A stretch of DNA of 43,752 nt, the filler included, from Jimgerdemannia flammicorona (taxonomy: Eukaryota): NCBI GenBank assembly GCA_003990765.1. It is 2 parts of 2 records of this genome, joined end to end, with 100 filler letters (N's around TTAATTAATTAA, not from the genome) between each part and the next. Parts side by side here need not be neighbours in the genome. Positions count along the whole stretch, not along the records: positions 21,931 to 43,752 come from RBNJ01001385.1; 1 more part is not named here. The stretch is one strand, 5' to 3'. Made by a program: the position numbers and the translations under genes. This document shows, piece by piece, positions 22,705 to 34,989 of this stretch. The notes beneath the pieces were generated by a model that saw only the letters and a list, made by a program, of their open reading frames with translations, was not told where the DNA came from and did no database searches. Numbering within the stretch: the stretch's first letter is position 1; each line of letters begins with the position of its first letter.

Positions 22705-25272
22705 GTTGGATTGGCTGAAATGACAGCAATGCGTAGGGTTGAGGTGTAAAATGAATGAATTCAAGTTGTTTCAGACCACCGATATAGTGGGAAACCCTTA
22801 TTGTGTATGTGTATACTAGAGCATTTACGCTTAAGCCGTTAAATTCGGCGTATTAAATTACATTAAATAATATTCCAAGATATGGCGGGCGTTTCTTGGC
22901 AAGGAGTGATACTATGTTCGATTTTTCTCCTAGTTCTGGGGCACCTCACCACATGAACCGACACAGACGTCAGCCAGGCCCGATGAAAGCCCGACCTGGA
23001 CGTCAACCTAGCCTAGATTAATTTTCTTGGCGTTCCGAGGACACCTTTAGGGAAATCGGTTTTATTGGCAGCATCCATGTGTAATGTTATTATGACTATT
23101 GGAACGGGGGCTCTGGCTATTTTGGAGCGCGCTGATCGAGTCATCTAAATTCTAGAGGTATTGGACGAGTTCAGTAAATATTTACAACATATACGATATG
23201 TATTTCCGGGAAAGAATGGTCAAGATCATTAAGTCAGTCTTTTCACCGTGGTTCCGAATTGGAACTTCTACACCGCATAGCCCTATAACGATGTTGCCAG
23301 GATTATCCACAGCCTCACTCATGACATTAAACAAATTTGAGTTAGTGATCAATTGCGACTCGGTGGTAATTGGCAAGCTTCGCTCGGGCCCCCTCGCGGC
23401 GTCTTTTGAATATACACAGCAAAAATTGGTTACGTCTCATTGTAATAGTGAATGACACTCTGCAAGGTTGAGTCATGCACGGCCTGTCAGTCTCTCATTT
23501 GTTAAAATCGCAACGCGTGTTCCGAACACTCTTTCGGCAGGAAAAAATAATAATAAATAAACAAATAAAAGTAAAAAAAGAATATCGAGTCTTTCTAGAA
23601 AATTGGTTTAAACGATCTTACTCCGCGTGCAACTTCGTACTACTGTACATCCTCAATTCCATGCTTTTAATCAGTTATTTGGACACCGCAGCAGCTTCTG
23701 ATCGTTTGTTTTCGTGACGTTATATTATTCCTTGTCGATGACGCAAGCGAAATCCCGTAATGTGTCATATGACGTCGTTAGTTACACACCTGGGTCGGTG
23801 ATGTCAGTGATGTCAATTTATTATAAGGGGAACGGGAACTGTCAAAAGGGAATTTTGCGTTGAAAGCGACACGTGGTTAAACTTGACCATCTCGCCTAAC
23901 GTTAGCAGACTGGAGCTTTTAGTTTTTTTGGGTTTGTCGCGACTGTGCTTGCATGTTTGTGATATCCGGTAAACAGGCAGCCTTTCCTTCGTTAGTGTTT
24001 TCTATTTCTAGCCTGCTCTAATCCAGAATATTCCAATAGTTAACGTACTAACGGCAGAGTATCTGTACCTTCTATTCGCTCACGTCGACGCCATTGGAAC
24101 AATATGCTGACCAGTAATAATGCCGATTGAGTTCTTTTTAATGAAAAAATGCTCGACGTCGCTTTAACAGGAAAGCATTTTTTTTTTTTTTTTTTTTTGT
24201 GAATTGGAAAGTGATTCATCCTCGAGCTCGGAATTTCACTGTCAACCATGCCGCACTGCCTGTCAGACGTCTTCTTGAAGGTCATCGAATAATCTGTCGA
24301 AAAGAACCGACAGAATGAGACTGGTAGAACTGGCAGAATGATGACGAAAATGCGCCGGATTTTGAGTGGATTATTAGTCATATTTGGGTGTCCCGCGAAT
24401 GTGGGCAGAGAGCGATCATTTTTTGTGGTACATACATACTAAACATTTTTGATCCTGCATTAGGATTTCGAGTATCACTGCCCAAAGTTGGCATGTGGCC
24501 TGAGCTCGCTTTTGTGATATAATATATTAGAGATTGACTATACGCTCGATTGTCGTTTTAGCATACGGAGTGAGCCGCAATGAAGCCTTAGGTGTTTTTT
24601 TTTTTTTTTTTGGAAGACAACGTGCATTATAGTAGAGGGATTGTAGCTCATGCCATTGAAGGAAGAAAGTCTTAAATCTGGAATAAGAGGCGTGGCATAC
24701 GTTGCTATTTGGCGGTCGTTCATTCGGTAGCACATTTTGCTCAGTTGGTTTGTCAATATTGCCATGCGTCGTCGCAGAAGGAAAAGGACACTGGGGGGAT
24801 CCGAACGCCGTGTAATCATGCTACGTGTCCTGCCATGTGCTATAGACAAGTCACTTTCATCGATATCTGTACCCATCGTGAATTCTCGGGAAGTGCGACA
24901 TTCGTCAATGGCGTGGGTAATTATGTATGTGTCATCTCTGGAAGACATACAGTTTTGGTTATTTTCGGCTCACAGGATCTGATAGGCCGATCATTGTTAC
25001 TGGAAAGTTTACATTTGTTTTGGGTTGGTGGTGGTAAATCCCCGCACTTAAGGGGGGGGGGTTGGCGTGACCAACGCTATAAACAAATGTCGATCCATGA
25101 TCTCATGGTTCTATTTTTATTGTTTATCTTTACAATTGCTTAAGTAACAAACAGTCTAAGTCATAGGAGTACCAACCATACAAAACCCTCCCAGTCCGGT
25201 TGAAACTACTTAAAATCAAAAAATAAAATAAAATAAAATAAAATAAAAATCCATCGTAGCCCAATCCCTAAC

Positions 25273-25758
25273 ATGGGCAACACATTCTCTCGCCGTCGTG
25301 CCTCAAAATGTCAGTCCCGCGCACCTCCAGAAGATGGAGTATCCCGCCCTAGTCCCATGATGAAGGTGTACGGCGAGTTTATTGCGCGCTTCCTACAGAT
25401 GATCCACGACCAGGTCCTGGTGCAGAACCGAAAGCGTTGGGTGCTTGACTTGCGATTCCGGAGCTCAGAGCCAGGGAGACTAGTAGCAGCAACGGCAAAG
25501 CTCCCCACGGATAGTAGGAACAAAAAGGAGATGTTGGATGAGCTTAAATTTGTGGAGCGCAGCGCCTGCCACCGCGTGGACTGGACAGTTTTCTTTGATT
25601 TTGTCGAAGAACGCTTTAAAGTCGAAGAAGAGCTGGAAAGATTCAAGTTGGAGGTGTTAGCAAAAGTTAATAGGGCCCAGCTCAGCGTGGACCACGTCGT
25701 TACAGACCGCGACATGCGCTTGATTCGCTTTCAGCTCCAAATCCCCGACTTCGAATAG
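25273..25758 (+). CDS. Hypothetical 161-aa protein with predicted N-myristoylation signal (MGNTFS plus basic patch)
   Basis: Intact ORF in CpG-rich sequence; coding nature supported by protein-level conservation with the paralog at 22250-22704. Confidence 0.75.
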   Translation: MGNTFSRRRASKCQSRAPPEDGVSRPSPMMKVYGEFIARFLQMIHDQVLVQNRKRWVLDLRFRSSEPGRLVAATAKLPTDSRNKKEMLDELKFVERSACHRVDWTVFFDFVEERFKVEEELERFKLEVLAKVNRAQLSVDHVVTDRDMRLIRFQLQIPDFE

Positions 25759-26973
25759 CCATTTCGAATGCGGGCACATGCATAGACAGTGGAATAGATA
25801 ATTTTAAAAAACAAACAGCATCATGAACAATGCATACAACTCTAACATGCATTTTATTTTTTACGTATCCCCGTTAATATCCTTTAATCGAGTCTTCTGG
25901 CGTTTCCATATGCAAAAAAATGCAGGGTCGTTTATTATGAACTGAACTGTACGCAGTATGTATCGAGTCAAAGTATTATGCCATGTAATTTTGTCTTTTT
26001 GTCTCTATGAGTCTCGCACTGGAAACGCCATATTTCAAGAATATGTAAAATCAGAATTATCTTTATATCTATGACATTCCAAAATACTTATGACTAATAT
26101 TAAAATATGCAACATCATGTGAATTAAAATGTGAGATAGCGGGATCAAGAATAGTTAGCGCTTTTACAGCCTGAGTTTATGACAAGCACTGGTCATATCG
26201 GCCTCGTAAAGCAATTTCAGCAGGTGCTGGTATTCGTCTACGTAATTCGGCGCCATTTTTATGAAGGGATACAAAGAACCATAAAAATACGAAATCTCAA
26301 CAAGAAATGAAAGGTAAAAGAGTATACCATTTTTTTCTTCTTTTTATTGCACATCCCAAACAGAAATAAGGATATGTCAATACGCAACTCCAGAAGCATT
26401 CGAAATATGGCATCTAATAACCTCAAGCAGTACTGCCGTGCAGGGAATGCTCTCATTTTGACACCTCTTTCTGCATACTAAAAAGGTTACTCGTCATCGC
26501 GCGATAACCATTGACGTAATAGCTCGATTGACCAAGGGACTACACCCCCCCCCCCCCTAGGGACGACATAGCGGGCACACACCTGGTCGATTAAGCATAT
26601 TTTACAAATGAAGAAGTCAATCATGCTAAGCCACTTCGATTCCACTCTCTATTCATAGTATCTACTCTTTTTGAAAAAGTATATATCAGTATTAATATTA
26701 TTATATAAATCTGAAATAGAATATTTGACAGTTGCATATTTAGGATAGATAGAGTATTGAGTTTAATAGCTTGACTATTATATAGTATATAGTTAGCTCA
26801 AATATATATATTAGATCATATTAATTTTAAATATTAATAAAGCTGGTTATATATATTTATTTTAATAAATATAATATATAAATATACTTACAATCTTCTT
26901 CTTTTAGATATCTCTTCTCTATTTTAAATTTATCTTATTCTTTTTAATTATAGTAGTCTAAGTAGTATCTAAT

Positions 26974-27614
26974 TGTAACAAATTGTTATATATATATCTA
27001 CAAGCTACTGGAAATTCTGATAGAAATTCTGACAGAAATTCCTACAGAATTTCCAACTAGTAGTTATAGATACTGAATATAGTATAACTGTATATAGATA
27101 TATCCAGTATACTATATTTAGTTATAGCTTCAAATTTGTAATAAAACTATATACTAATAGAATTAATATATTATAGATAATTAAGATAATTATTGGCCCT
27201 AAGTTCTGAGTATTTATAAGAAAGTGCTAAATTCCAATTATCTGTTGTAATGATATAGCCCAAGTATCACTTTCAGATTTTTGTACTAGTAAAAGAGCTG
27301 TACTTATATCCTAAGTTGATCAGACTTAGAATTATTAATAAGTTGAGTCTGAGGGTTTTATAATAAGAATATTATTTTATTCTTATATTTGGAAAAAGTA
27401 GAGCTAAGGTTACAATATACTCAGTATAGAGAATATTTATACAAATTCAAAGCTATAACTAAATATAGTATACTGGTTATATCTATATATAGTTATACTA
27501 TATTCAGTATCTAGAACTGCTAGTTGAAAATTCTATAGAAATTTCTATAAGAATTTCTATCAAAATTTTCATAAGAAATTCTGATAGCTTATAGATATAT
27601 AATAATTCATTACA
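26974..27614. mobile_element. Non-autonomous element with ~165-bp TIRs
   Basis: The left arm TGTAACAAATTGTT...TTCAAATTTGTA is the reverse complement of the right arm TACAAATTCAAAG...AATTCATTACA. Confidence 0.8.
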
Positions 27615-28101
27615 TCCTTATCTTCTTTATCTGAATCTACTTATTGAATTTAGCACTAAACTCTAAATATTCATCAAATTAAAGAGCAGTATATTGAACT
27701 ATTTGAAAGACAATATCACTCTATTATTCATTACTCAAATTGACAATATTCTTAGAGAATACTCTATAGAAATAGTCAAGGACTTAGAGTTAGATATAGA
27801 AAAGAATATAAATAAAAAGGCAGACTTATTACTTAGTACTACTGAGAGTGATCTGTTGATAGATGAGATATCCAATCTATAGTACTCCTTTAATTTATAT
27901 TAGTAGCAAAAGGTCTGGAAATGTTTGATTCTTCTAAAATATTATTGGACTTCATTTGGGTCTGGGTCTCCAAGATATATATATTGACATAGAGTGGTTT
28001 AATAGAATTCTATTAATATTCAATAGCTATAAGGACAGTAATAGTAATCTTGTTCTTAGTTTGTTCTCTGTATCTTTGCTGGATACTTATATTATAGTAG
28101 A

Positions 28102-28724
28102 TAGTGCTCTGAATATGTCAATTTAATCTATATTAGATTTGGATTAATTTGAATTAAATCTCATCTAGATCAACTCAGATGAAAAATAAGCTAATCTGGA
28201 TCAATTTGAATCAAATATTGGTTTAATTTCCAAAATTAGATAATTAAATATTTATATCAATAAATTGATATTTAACTATTAAATTTTGATAATTATGGTA
28301 CTATTTTAAAGTTCTTAATAAGATCTTTCTAATGATATCAAGAATATTGAAATTAGATCATATATTGTTAAGTTATTAAGAAAAATGTCCAACTCACCAA
28401 TTTTGGAAATTATTTGACTTACTAATTTCAGAAATTTCTTCAAAAGAATGTTTTCCTTAATAGCTCAACAATGTATAATCTGATTTTAAGGTTCTTGGTA
28501 TCATTAGAAAGGCCTTATTAAGGGCTTTCAAATGAAACTATGATCTTTAAAATTGAATGATTATATATCAAGTTATTGATGTAAATATTTAATTATCTAA
28601 TTTTAGAAATCAAAACAATATTCAATTTGAATTAATCTAGATCAGCTCATTTTCTATTCAAGTTGATCTGGATCAACTTGAATCTAATTCAAATCTGATC
28701 TAGATCAACTTGTTTAGAGTACTA
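28102..28724. mobile_element. hAT-type foldback element (second family) with 8-bp TSD
   Basis: TAGTGCTC...GAGTACTA ends, ~280-bp inverted arms, flanks ATAGTAGA/GTGATAGA (both derivable from GTGGTAGA). Confidence 0.85.
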
Positions 28725-28779
28725 GTGATAGATTATCTATATATAATTATTCAGTTATTTATACTTCTCTTCATTAGAA

Positions 28780-29315
28780 GTATTTAAGAATATAACTATC
28801 TTTTTGAAATTATATTAGAATTTTCATTATATTAGATATTTATATTAGATTATATGTAACTTCTTCTGTATTTGATAAAAGGTTATCTTCTTTTTCTCAG
28901 GTAATATCATACTTAGAATATTCTTTTTATTTTATAAGATAGTATTGGGTAGACTTGACAGCTCATCCAAATTAATCCTTATAATTTAAAATAAAATCAA
29001 CTTTATATTCTAGTTCTTAATTGATAATAATCAGATCTTGAGATAGTACTGTTCTTTCTTCAAAAGTGTTTTCAATATATGGCTAGAGTCAGGATATGTG
29101 AAACACTGAGTAGATTCTTTCTAGAGTTACTAAGAGATCTAACTTATATATAACAGAACTATACTTCTCTAGAATCTTAAATAGTTCAATATAGCAGAGT
29201 CTGAGTTTTTTTTTTTTTATCCTATATTATCTAGAGTCAGATATCATATACTAAGTAATACCTATTCATCTTTTTTGTATTTAACTTCTCTTTTATTTTT
29301 GTTAGTATATACTAC

Positions 29316-29320
<5 letters not shown>
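28780..29320 (-). mobile_element. Gypsy integrase C-terminus/chromodomain fragment
   Basis: Colinear with 41450-41950; decayed QYYLIK*KEYSKYDIT*E chromodomain motif. Confidence 0.7.
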
Positions 29321-29352
<32 letters not shown>

Positions 29353-32300
29353 GTCACTCAGACTCAATTTATTAACTAGTCTACAATAAACACACATTCT
29401 CATATCACACCAGTAGCCCCACTCAATCCACTCTACTCTACTCTATTCCAATACACTCTCTCTTCCTGATCTCTACTCTCTTAAATATAATTTATTCTAC
29501 TATTAACTATAGTGATCTGCCTATAACTTTTCTTATATATATATACTTTCTATCAGATACTGATAGTGATCTCTCTGAGGGCCCCACCCCCTCCACCAAC
29601 TAGATAGAATGTCTACTATCAGTCTCTCCTACCTCACTACCTTTTTCTTTAAGGCTATCTGCCTCCTATTCTCAAATATATACAGCCAGTGATCAGCTAG
29701 CTCTACTCATATATATCACTGATACCCACTCAACAGTGAGTCACTCATTATCAATATACTCTACCAACCTCTCCTACAAATCTCCCCATCTATCCCCCAC
29801 CCCATCAATATACTGTCTCACTCTTAGATAGCCCCCAACTTTCTTCCAGAAGTCACTAAGTATCTCACACTCCTTTAATCAATATTTAGGCATCTGTATA
29901 ATCTCCTTCTCTTGCTCTATATTAAAACAGTTCTTATACTTGAAACTTCCACCTACTATCAAATATCTTAACCAAAAGTTCAACATAATATTTCTCCTCA
30001 AGATATACTACTATATTATACAGAACTTAGAAGAAAGCTATTGCTGCACCTTAGTACTCTAAGACCAGACTCCAGCTCAGTTCTAAGTCTCACTAATATC
30101 TACCATCTGTCAACCCACTGGCCACAGATCCTGACCCACCTCCTACTAATACTTAATATCTTTACTAATATTAAAGTATACCAGCAATATACTATCCAAC
30201 AGAAGCCTATTCTATCTTCACATTTCAGGACTCTATTAGGTCTCACTCTTATCACTATATCTGTATAAGCCAATATAGTGAGCCCCCTCTACCACTCTTC
30301 ACCAGAATCTCTGATACTATAAGTATTTATAATTTTCTAATTTAACCATAAATAGCAAATTACTAGAAGATCCTCTAGAGAAGAATCTTATCTCTCAGAC
30401 TCTCTGCATCAATAGCACCCATCTATCTTTCTATAGCTCAATAGTCCTCTTCAACCACCAAGCCCTAAGACTATACAATCTCTTCAGGAAGTCTATCAGA
30501 CTCATCTCTCCTCTATCCACTGAAGTTTCCAAAACCTCCCAGCTTATCTGGCTCCTCTTTCTAGTCCAAATCTAGTTCTTAGCCATCTTTAACAATCTTT
30601 TCACCATTTATACAGAAAAATCCAAGTGGTATACCAGATATCAGAGCTTTGGTAGCCAGTAGACATTCAGAATTGATACCTATCTGACAAGAGAAATGTG
30701 GTGCTCTCTCTAACTCTAAAAGATATTTCTCCATTTCACCACCTTCCTTTCTCCCCAAGCTCTGGACAAGACTGATCCATATACTAACAGAATGATACTC
30801 AAATAATATACTATCTCTCTCATAGAGATAATAGTTCCAATAATATTCCTACCTATTAAACCATTCTCTAGCACTATTATCTCACACTTATATTAGTTGA
30901 GCTTTGCTCCAGAGTACTCTTTGTAATAGTTCACAGCCTTTCTCAGATATTCATATCAGTAATAAAGTTAAGTCTAACCACTATATCATCTACAAAGGCT
31001 CTAACCTTTCAGACTACTCTAAGGACTAGAAGTTCTGATACCTTGTAGTGAATCCTATCTATGAACAGCTTTATGATAGAGTATATAGAATAGAGGACAG
31101 TGGGTCTCCCTGGAGAACTCCTCTCCTTAATAAGAATATAGTACTATAATAGCTATTATACAAAATCCCCACTCTGCTGCCCTCTAATAGACTAACTATC
31201 AATATCTAGAACTAGTGAGAGATACTAATCCTCTCTAACACCTTCTTCAACCAAACCCACTGAACCAGATCATAGGCCTTCTTCTGATTTAGAAAAACCA
31301 ACCTTCTATCTAGTCTACTAGCTCTTGTCTCTTCAATTATACTATACTCTCATACTGTCTTATCCCTAATTAGTCTGCCACTAATAAAGCTCTATTGCTC
31401 AGCTCTTAACACCTATTTTACCCTCTGTAGCATAACAATTATCTTAGTAACCAACTTTCTGTCTATATCCAGAAGTATAATTGGTCTTCAATTTCTTCAA
31501 TTCTCTCACCTATTCTTATCCTTATATAGCAATATTATCAGACTGAGATTCTGCTCTACATCCCACTCTCCAGATATAAGAACAAAGTTGCAAAGTACTG
31601 TCATCTCCCCCAATATCTCTGGAACTCCTATTATCTTCTTCTAAAAGTTCCAGAGTAGCTTATTCTCACCAGAAGCTATGCCCAATTTTGTAGCTGATAG
31701 AATACTCAGAATCTTGTCCTTCTGGACTGATAGGACTAGATATTTGAGGCCATCAAACTACAGAGAATGTCAATCCTTCAGAGAGCACTCAATAGCCTCC
31801 TTATCTATACCTCCTTTCTCCTTACTCTATAGACCTCTCTATTGATCTTTTAAAGAATCTAAAATCTGCTATATTTCATTAATCAGAGTACTCTTCTTAT
31901 CTAATACTTCATTCTACCACTATCTCACCCTCCTTATCTAAAGAAGCCTAGACAGATACCCACCATACTTCAAACTTGAGCCTTCTCCTTCTTCCTTAAT
32001 ACTCTCTTCAACTTCTCCACTTCTAACTGGACTCATTCTAGTCTCCAATCATCTATAACCTCCTAGCCCAATATACTGGCCCATTATAGCTATAATATCT
32101 TCAACTAATAGAAAGCCCACCTCACTCCCCACCTCTATAGTATCTCTTTAAACCTACCAGCCTAATCCCAATATACCCTAGTAGCCTCCTTTAGCTTCAC
32201 CCCATAGACTCCAACAGGGGACCCCTCACAATTCTAGCAGACAATCTTCAACTCAATATCTACTGCCAAAGCCTCCCACTATCCTATCTCTACTAGTAAG

Positions 32301-34985
32301 GAGGAATTGAGGTGCTAATATCCAAGCTCATCCCCACTTCTCCCAAACTGACCATATACTATAAGTCTCCAATAATCTGATTATAGATACCACTAAACCT
32401 CCAGATCTATCCAGACATCTAACCCCCAGCAGTCAGCAGTCAGTAACTAGTCAATTCTTATTCCAAGTTTATTCACTCAGTGGGTATAAACCCTCCTGTC
32501 TCCCCACAATACCCTGCCAGTATCCATTAAAAAACTAAGATACTCTACCTCATTCCAGATATCTAGACCACTACTCCTATCTCCAGTACTCCTCTTTCTA
32601 TCAGTTCTATCTAATAGCATATTCTATACCATATTGAAATTCCCACTAAGCACATTTATACCAGCCTCAGCAAGTGTGTACACTTATGAAGGTCATTTAT
32701 CCACTCTATTTGATCTCCTTTAACCACAGAGCAGTAGCAAGAGCCAATAATTACTAGCTCTTACCCAGGCCTCTGCCACTCCCCCAAATCAAACATTCCC
32801 CCAAACCTCCAATCTACAAAGATCTCCTCTATCTTTCTATATCAAAATTCCCACCTTGTCTCTCCAAACTACTGCACTACCCCATTCTTTAGCCCACTCC
32901 TGTCTGTCTAAGTCTCTCTTATAATATACATCTTACAATAGAAAAAAAATCGAAATCCAATCTCCTTAGCCAAGCAAAAATGTTTCTATATCTTACAGAG
33001 CCCCTCAAACTATTCACATTTAGTGAGAAAATATTGGTTGTACTGTTCATAGTAAAATAATATTATAAAGTATTCTCAATCTTCTCATAGTTCTATACTC
33101 ATCTCCTTCTGAGCCAAGTCTAAACCATGTTCTGCAATAGCCTCCTCCTTCTAAACCTTTCTTATCTCTAATTCAGCTAATATTTCAGCAATTACCTTAT
33201 TATTCTAAATCTCAATCTTCTCTTTATATTTAATATATATCTCTTACCAAAGCTATAATCTATATTATTACTTTCACTAGAAGGTAATATATTCCTCAGC
33301 CACTATCACTAATTCAGCTTCTCTTATCTTATCAACCTCATAACCCTCCTTCTTCAGAAATACAGCTAGTATCTCAGCCTTCAGCTTTTCTATCAGTCTA
33401 TTACTCCACAGTACTCTTGTCCAGCATTCCTCACTAATAATCCTCAAGTCTACTTCTCTTAGCTTCTCTATAGCCAAACCATCTATCATCTTAATCATCC
33501 ACTACAAGTTACCAATATTCTTCCCACTTGGAATCATAGGTCTCCTCTCTCTAAGTATTATAACATTAGTACTAGTACTTACAAACTTGTTTCACTCCTC
33601 TTCCTGAATATTCTACAGCTCATTCTTTGTGACTCTAACTATCTGCCCACCCTGTATCACATCAGGCATCCCAAACTAGACCCTTTGCATACTCCTAAGA
33701 TAAAGAGGAGGATAGAGGAGATTATGGTGGAATATAGAGATATTATAGATATTAAATTCTGAGTCTGGGAGGAGACCTTGTTTAGAACTAAGAATATAGA
33801 TATCTGGCTCTGGTTGACTGAGAGAGAGACCTCTAGAAAGACTCACAATTGGTCTTTAGTGATAATGTGGGGTACTTTTATTTGTAAGATGGTGAGGATA
33901 AAAGAGAGTGAAGAGGAGGAGGAGAATCTGCTGGAGGCTATAGAGGAGCTCAGTGGAGTAGTAGAGTATAGGACAGCAGTATAGTGAGCTTATAAGGTAT
34001 CAATCCATCTGAAGGTGATAAATAGGAAGCAGATTTATATGGATAAGTTAATGTAGAAGAAGGTTCAGAAGAGGTAGAGACAGAAGGATCTGTTGGCAGA
34101 CTTAAAGGAGATATATATGACTGGGACTGAAGTGGGCTCAGATGGAGTATAGGTAAGTATTTAGGCTAGAGATAAAGTAGGAGAGATATTGGAGAGTGTA
34201 ACAGAGAGTAGGGAAGCTAGAGACCAGCAGCTCTAAGATGATAGTATGCTCAAGGTCTGGGAGGAGGAGGAGGAGTAGGAGGTGAGGGCTGATGTTTGGA
34301 CTAAGGAGAGTATAGAGGATGTAGAGATGAGCTGTCACTGTTAATACCTCTTTTATCAGGAGCTGAACCACTCTTGGATCTCATCTCAAGTACTAAGTTG
34401 ACACTACTACCTCACCAACTGCTGACCCAGTTCTCAAGACCTCCTCCAATGGCCCTGCTATCTCAAAACCCACCTCAACCCCCTCCAACCCCTACAGAAA
34501 CTTCACCAAAGCTGCTCCAGCTATCTACTTTCCAATTAAGCTCAAAACCATCTTTGCCATCACTACTAGTTCCTGGAAGTACAATATGATAGCAAATTCT
34601 AAGATTAACTTCTTGAGTAACAGAACTACTACCAGATCTGTTATACTATCTGTCAGGTTTTCTTCTTATTATGGCTTATTCAGCCCTACTATCAATAGCT
34701 ATATCTGGATCTTTTGTCAGATTTCCTATTATATCACTATTAGTAATTACTCTCCTATCTCTAGCAGTAGCTCTACCAGCCCCTACACTAGTTCTGCTAG
34801 CTATAAACCTATCAGTTCTTTCAGTGCTCACCTTTTTCTTCTCTCCAGACTTACAATCCTGAGTACTCCTAAATCAGTCCCCCACCTTTATCTTGTCAGC
34901 AAACTCATTGACCTCTATCCATACCTGATAGCCAACTTTTACCTAGCTCTCTCTGCCTGCTCTCACTACTTCAATGGTAATATTT
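29321..34985 (-). mobile_element. L1/Tx1-like LINE, near full length, mutated (ORF1 ~34985-33060; ORF2 from 33050)
   Basis: Poly(A) tail at 29321-29348. ORF2 starts MNSTTNIFSLNVNSLRG at 33050; APE motif LSGNFN (GGDFN) at ~32650. RT motifs *RPIILL (~31480), FLNQKKAYDLVQW (~31280), VLQGDPLS (~31105) and AFVDDI (~30990). Confidence 0.88.
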
Positions 34986-34989
34986 AAGG

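Noticed and set aside
22870..23470. Possible degenerate small-GTPase-like exons on the minus strand (VPIVIITLHMD)
   Set aside because: No P-loop or NKxD motif, and the frames are broken.
24538..24948. Nucleotidyltransferase-like motif (MGTDIDESDLSIA) in a minus-strand ORF
   Set aside because: It lacks the GS and the second catalytic Asp, and the ORF runs through a poly-A tract; likely chance.
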